From Haliotis rufescens (taxonomy: Eukaryota), in assembly GCF_023055435.1 (NCBI RefSeq), contig NW_025964353.1, positions 1,550,001 through 1,614,000 on the forward strand: a stretch of 64,000 nucleotides of DNA. The letters run 5' to 3'. Below are positions 61,930 through 64,000 of the stretch, one piece after another. Numbering within the stretch: position 1 is the stretch's first letter; every line of letters begins with the position of its first letter. The notes below the pieces were generated by a model. That model saw nothing but the letters and a program-made list of their open reading frames with translations. It was not told where the DNA came from and did not search any database. Made by a program: the position numbers and the translations under genes.

Positions 61930-64000
61930 TGGTAGGCTGTAGGCTGTAGGCTGTAGACTGTTGTCATCAGGGATAATGAGTAGACAATGTGATGGGCAGG
62001 TAGGCTGTAGTCTGCTGTCATCAGGATAATGAGTAGACAATGTGATGGGCAGGTAGGCTGTAGACTGTTGTCATCAGGGATAATGAGTAGACAATGTGAT
62101 GGGCAGGCAGGCTGGCTGTAGACTGTTGTCATCAGGGATAATGAGTAGACAATGTGATGAACAGGCAGGCTGTAGACTGTTGTCATCAGGGATAATGAGT
62201 AGACAATGTGATGGGCAGGTAGGCTGTAGTCTGCTGTCATCAGGATAATGAGTAGACAATGTGGAGGGCAGGCAGGCTGTAGACTGATGTCATCAGGATA
62301 ATGAGTAGACAATGTGATGGGCAGGCTGGCTGTAGACTGATGTCATCAGGATAATGAGTAGACAATGTGATGGGCAGGTAGGCTGTAGACTGCTGTCATC
62401 AGGATAATGAGTAGACAATGTGATGGGCAGGCAGGCAGGCTGTAGACTGTTGTCATCAGGATAATGAGTAGACAATATGGTGGGCAGGCAGGCTGGCTGT
62501 AGACTGTTGTCATCAGGGATAATGAGTAGACAATGTGATGGGCAGGTAGGCTGTAGTCTGCTGTCATCAGGATAATGAGTAGACAATGTGATGGGCAGGT
62601 AGGCTGTAGACTGATGTCATCAGGATAATGAGTAGACAATGTGATGGGCAGGCTGGCTGTAGACGGATGTCATCAGGATAATGAGTAGACAATGTGATGG
62701 GCAGGTAGGCTGTAGACTGTTGTCATCAGGGATAATGAGTAGACAATGTGATGGGCAGGTAGGCTGTAGTCTGCTGTCATCAGGATAATGAGTAGACAAT
62801 GTGATGGGCAGGCTTGCTGTAGACTGATGTCATCAGGATAATGAGTAGACAATGTGATGGGCAGGCTGGCTGTAGACTGATGTCATCAGGATAATGAGTA
62901 GACAATGTGATGGGCAGGCTGGCTGTAGACTGATGTCATCAGGATAATGAGTAGACAATGTGATGGGCAGGCTGGCTGTAGACTGATGTCATCAGGATAA
63001 TGAGTAGACAATGTGATGGGCAGGCAGGCTGTAGTCTGCTGTCATCAGGATAATGAGTAGACAATGTGGAGGGCAGGCAGGCTGTAGACTGATGTCATCA
63101 GGATAATGAGTAGACAATGTGATGGGCAGGCTGGCTGTAAACTGATGTCATCAGGATAATGAGTAGACAATGTGATGGGCAGGCTGGCTGTAGACGGATG
63201 TCATCAGGATAATGAGTAGACAATGTGATGGGCAGGTAGGCTGTAGACTGCTGTCATCAGGATAATGAGTAGACAATGTGATGGGCAGGCAGGCAGGCTG
63301 TAGACTGTTGTCATCAGGATAATGAGTAGACAATATGGTGGGCAGGCAGGCTGGCTGTAGACTGTTGTCATCAGGGATAATGAGTAGACAATGTGATGGG
63401 CAGGTAGGCTGTAGTCTGCTGTCATCAGGATAATGAGTAGACAATGTGATGGGCAGGTAGGCTGTAGACTGATGTCATCAGGATAATGAGTAGACAATGT
63501 GATGGGCAGGTAGGCTGTAGTCTGCTGTCATCAGGATAATGAGTAGACAATGTGATGGGCAGGTAGGCTGTAGACTGCTGTCATCAGGATAATGAGTAGA
63601 CAATGTGATGGGCAGGCTGGCTGTAGACTGATGTCATCAGGATAATGAGTAGACAATGTGATGGGCAGGCAGGCAGGCTGTAGACTGCTGTCATCAGGAT
63701 AATGAGTAGACAATGTGATGGGCAGACAGGCTGTAGACTGATGTCATCAGGATAATGAGTAGACAATGTGATGGGCAGGCTGGCTGTAGACGGATGTCAT
63801 CAGGATAATGAGTAGACAATGTGATGGGCTGGCTGTAGACGGATGTCATCAGGATAATGAGTAGACAATGTGATGGGCAGGTAGGCTGTAGACTGTTGTC
63901 ATCAGGGATAATGAGTAGACAATGTGATGGGCAGGCTGGCTGTAGACTGATGTCATCAGGATAATGAGTAGACAATGTGATGGGCAGGCAGGCAGGCTGT
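61930..64000 (+). repeat. 53-58 bp minisatellite (>35 copies) in a DNAH3 intron, extends past the window
   Basis: Unit GTCATCAGGATAATGAGTAGACAATGTGATGGGCAGGTAGGCTGTAGACTGAT with variable GGCA/GGCT inserts. Confidence 0.95.

Noticed and set aside
61704-63975. Repetitive MSTHYPDD... ORFs
   Set aside because: These are antisense translations of the intronic minisatellite.
61930-64000. Hammerhead ribozyme / retrozyme (CTGATGA on the minus strand of each unit)
   Set aside because: There is no downstream GAAA core or stem II; the same holds for CTGATGA at ~11078 and ~38773.

Overview
AT-rich animal genomic DNA with GT-AG introns and dense SINE/MITE content; probably a mollusc (gastropod-like), which is an inference. 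Five protein-coding genes were reconstructed by hand. (1) The 5' end of an SLC15/POT-type peptide transporter on the minus strand, running off the left edge. (2) ATF4/CREB2 (minus, 5120-6310), with a complete delayed-reinitiation leader: a 3-codon uORF1 and an intron-split uORF2 that overlaps the CDS out of frame. (3) A TRAF6-like RING/zinc-finger gene (minus, 11509-17861) that ends without a MATH/TRAF-C domain. (4) FBXW10/CDRT1 (minus, 22908-44323). (5) The first ~900 codons of axonemal dynein heavy chain DNAH3 (plus, from 45749), head-to-head with FBXW10 across a short shared promoter with RFX/FOX/ETS-like motifs. Repeats include four SINE-like families, several MITEs, long hairpins, two intronic minisatellites and one assembly gap (54374-54565). 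The most notable observations are the ATF4 leader (apparently conserved motifs and a signal-peptide-like uORF2), the MATH-less TRAF6 paralog, and a retroposon family whose fixed 5' end can fold into a pseudoknot instead of a tRNA head. Exon boundaries were derived by eye and checked for frame; repeat boundaries are approximate.
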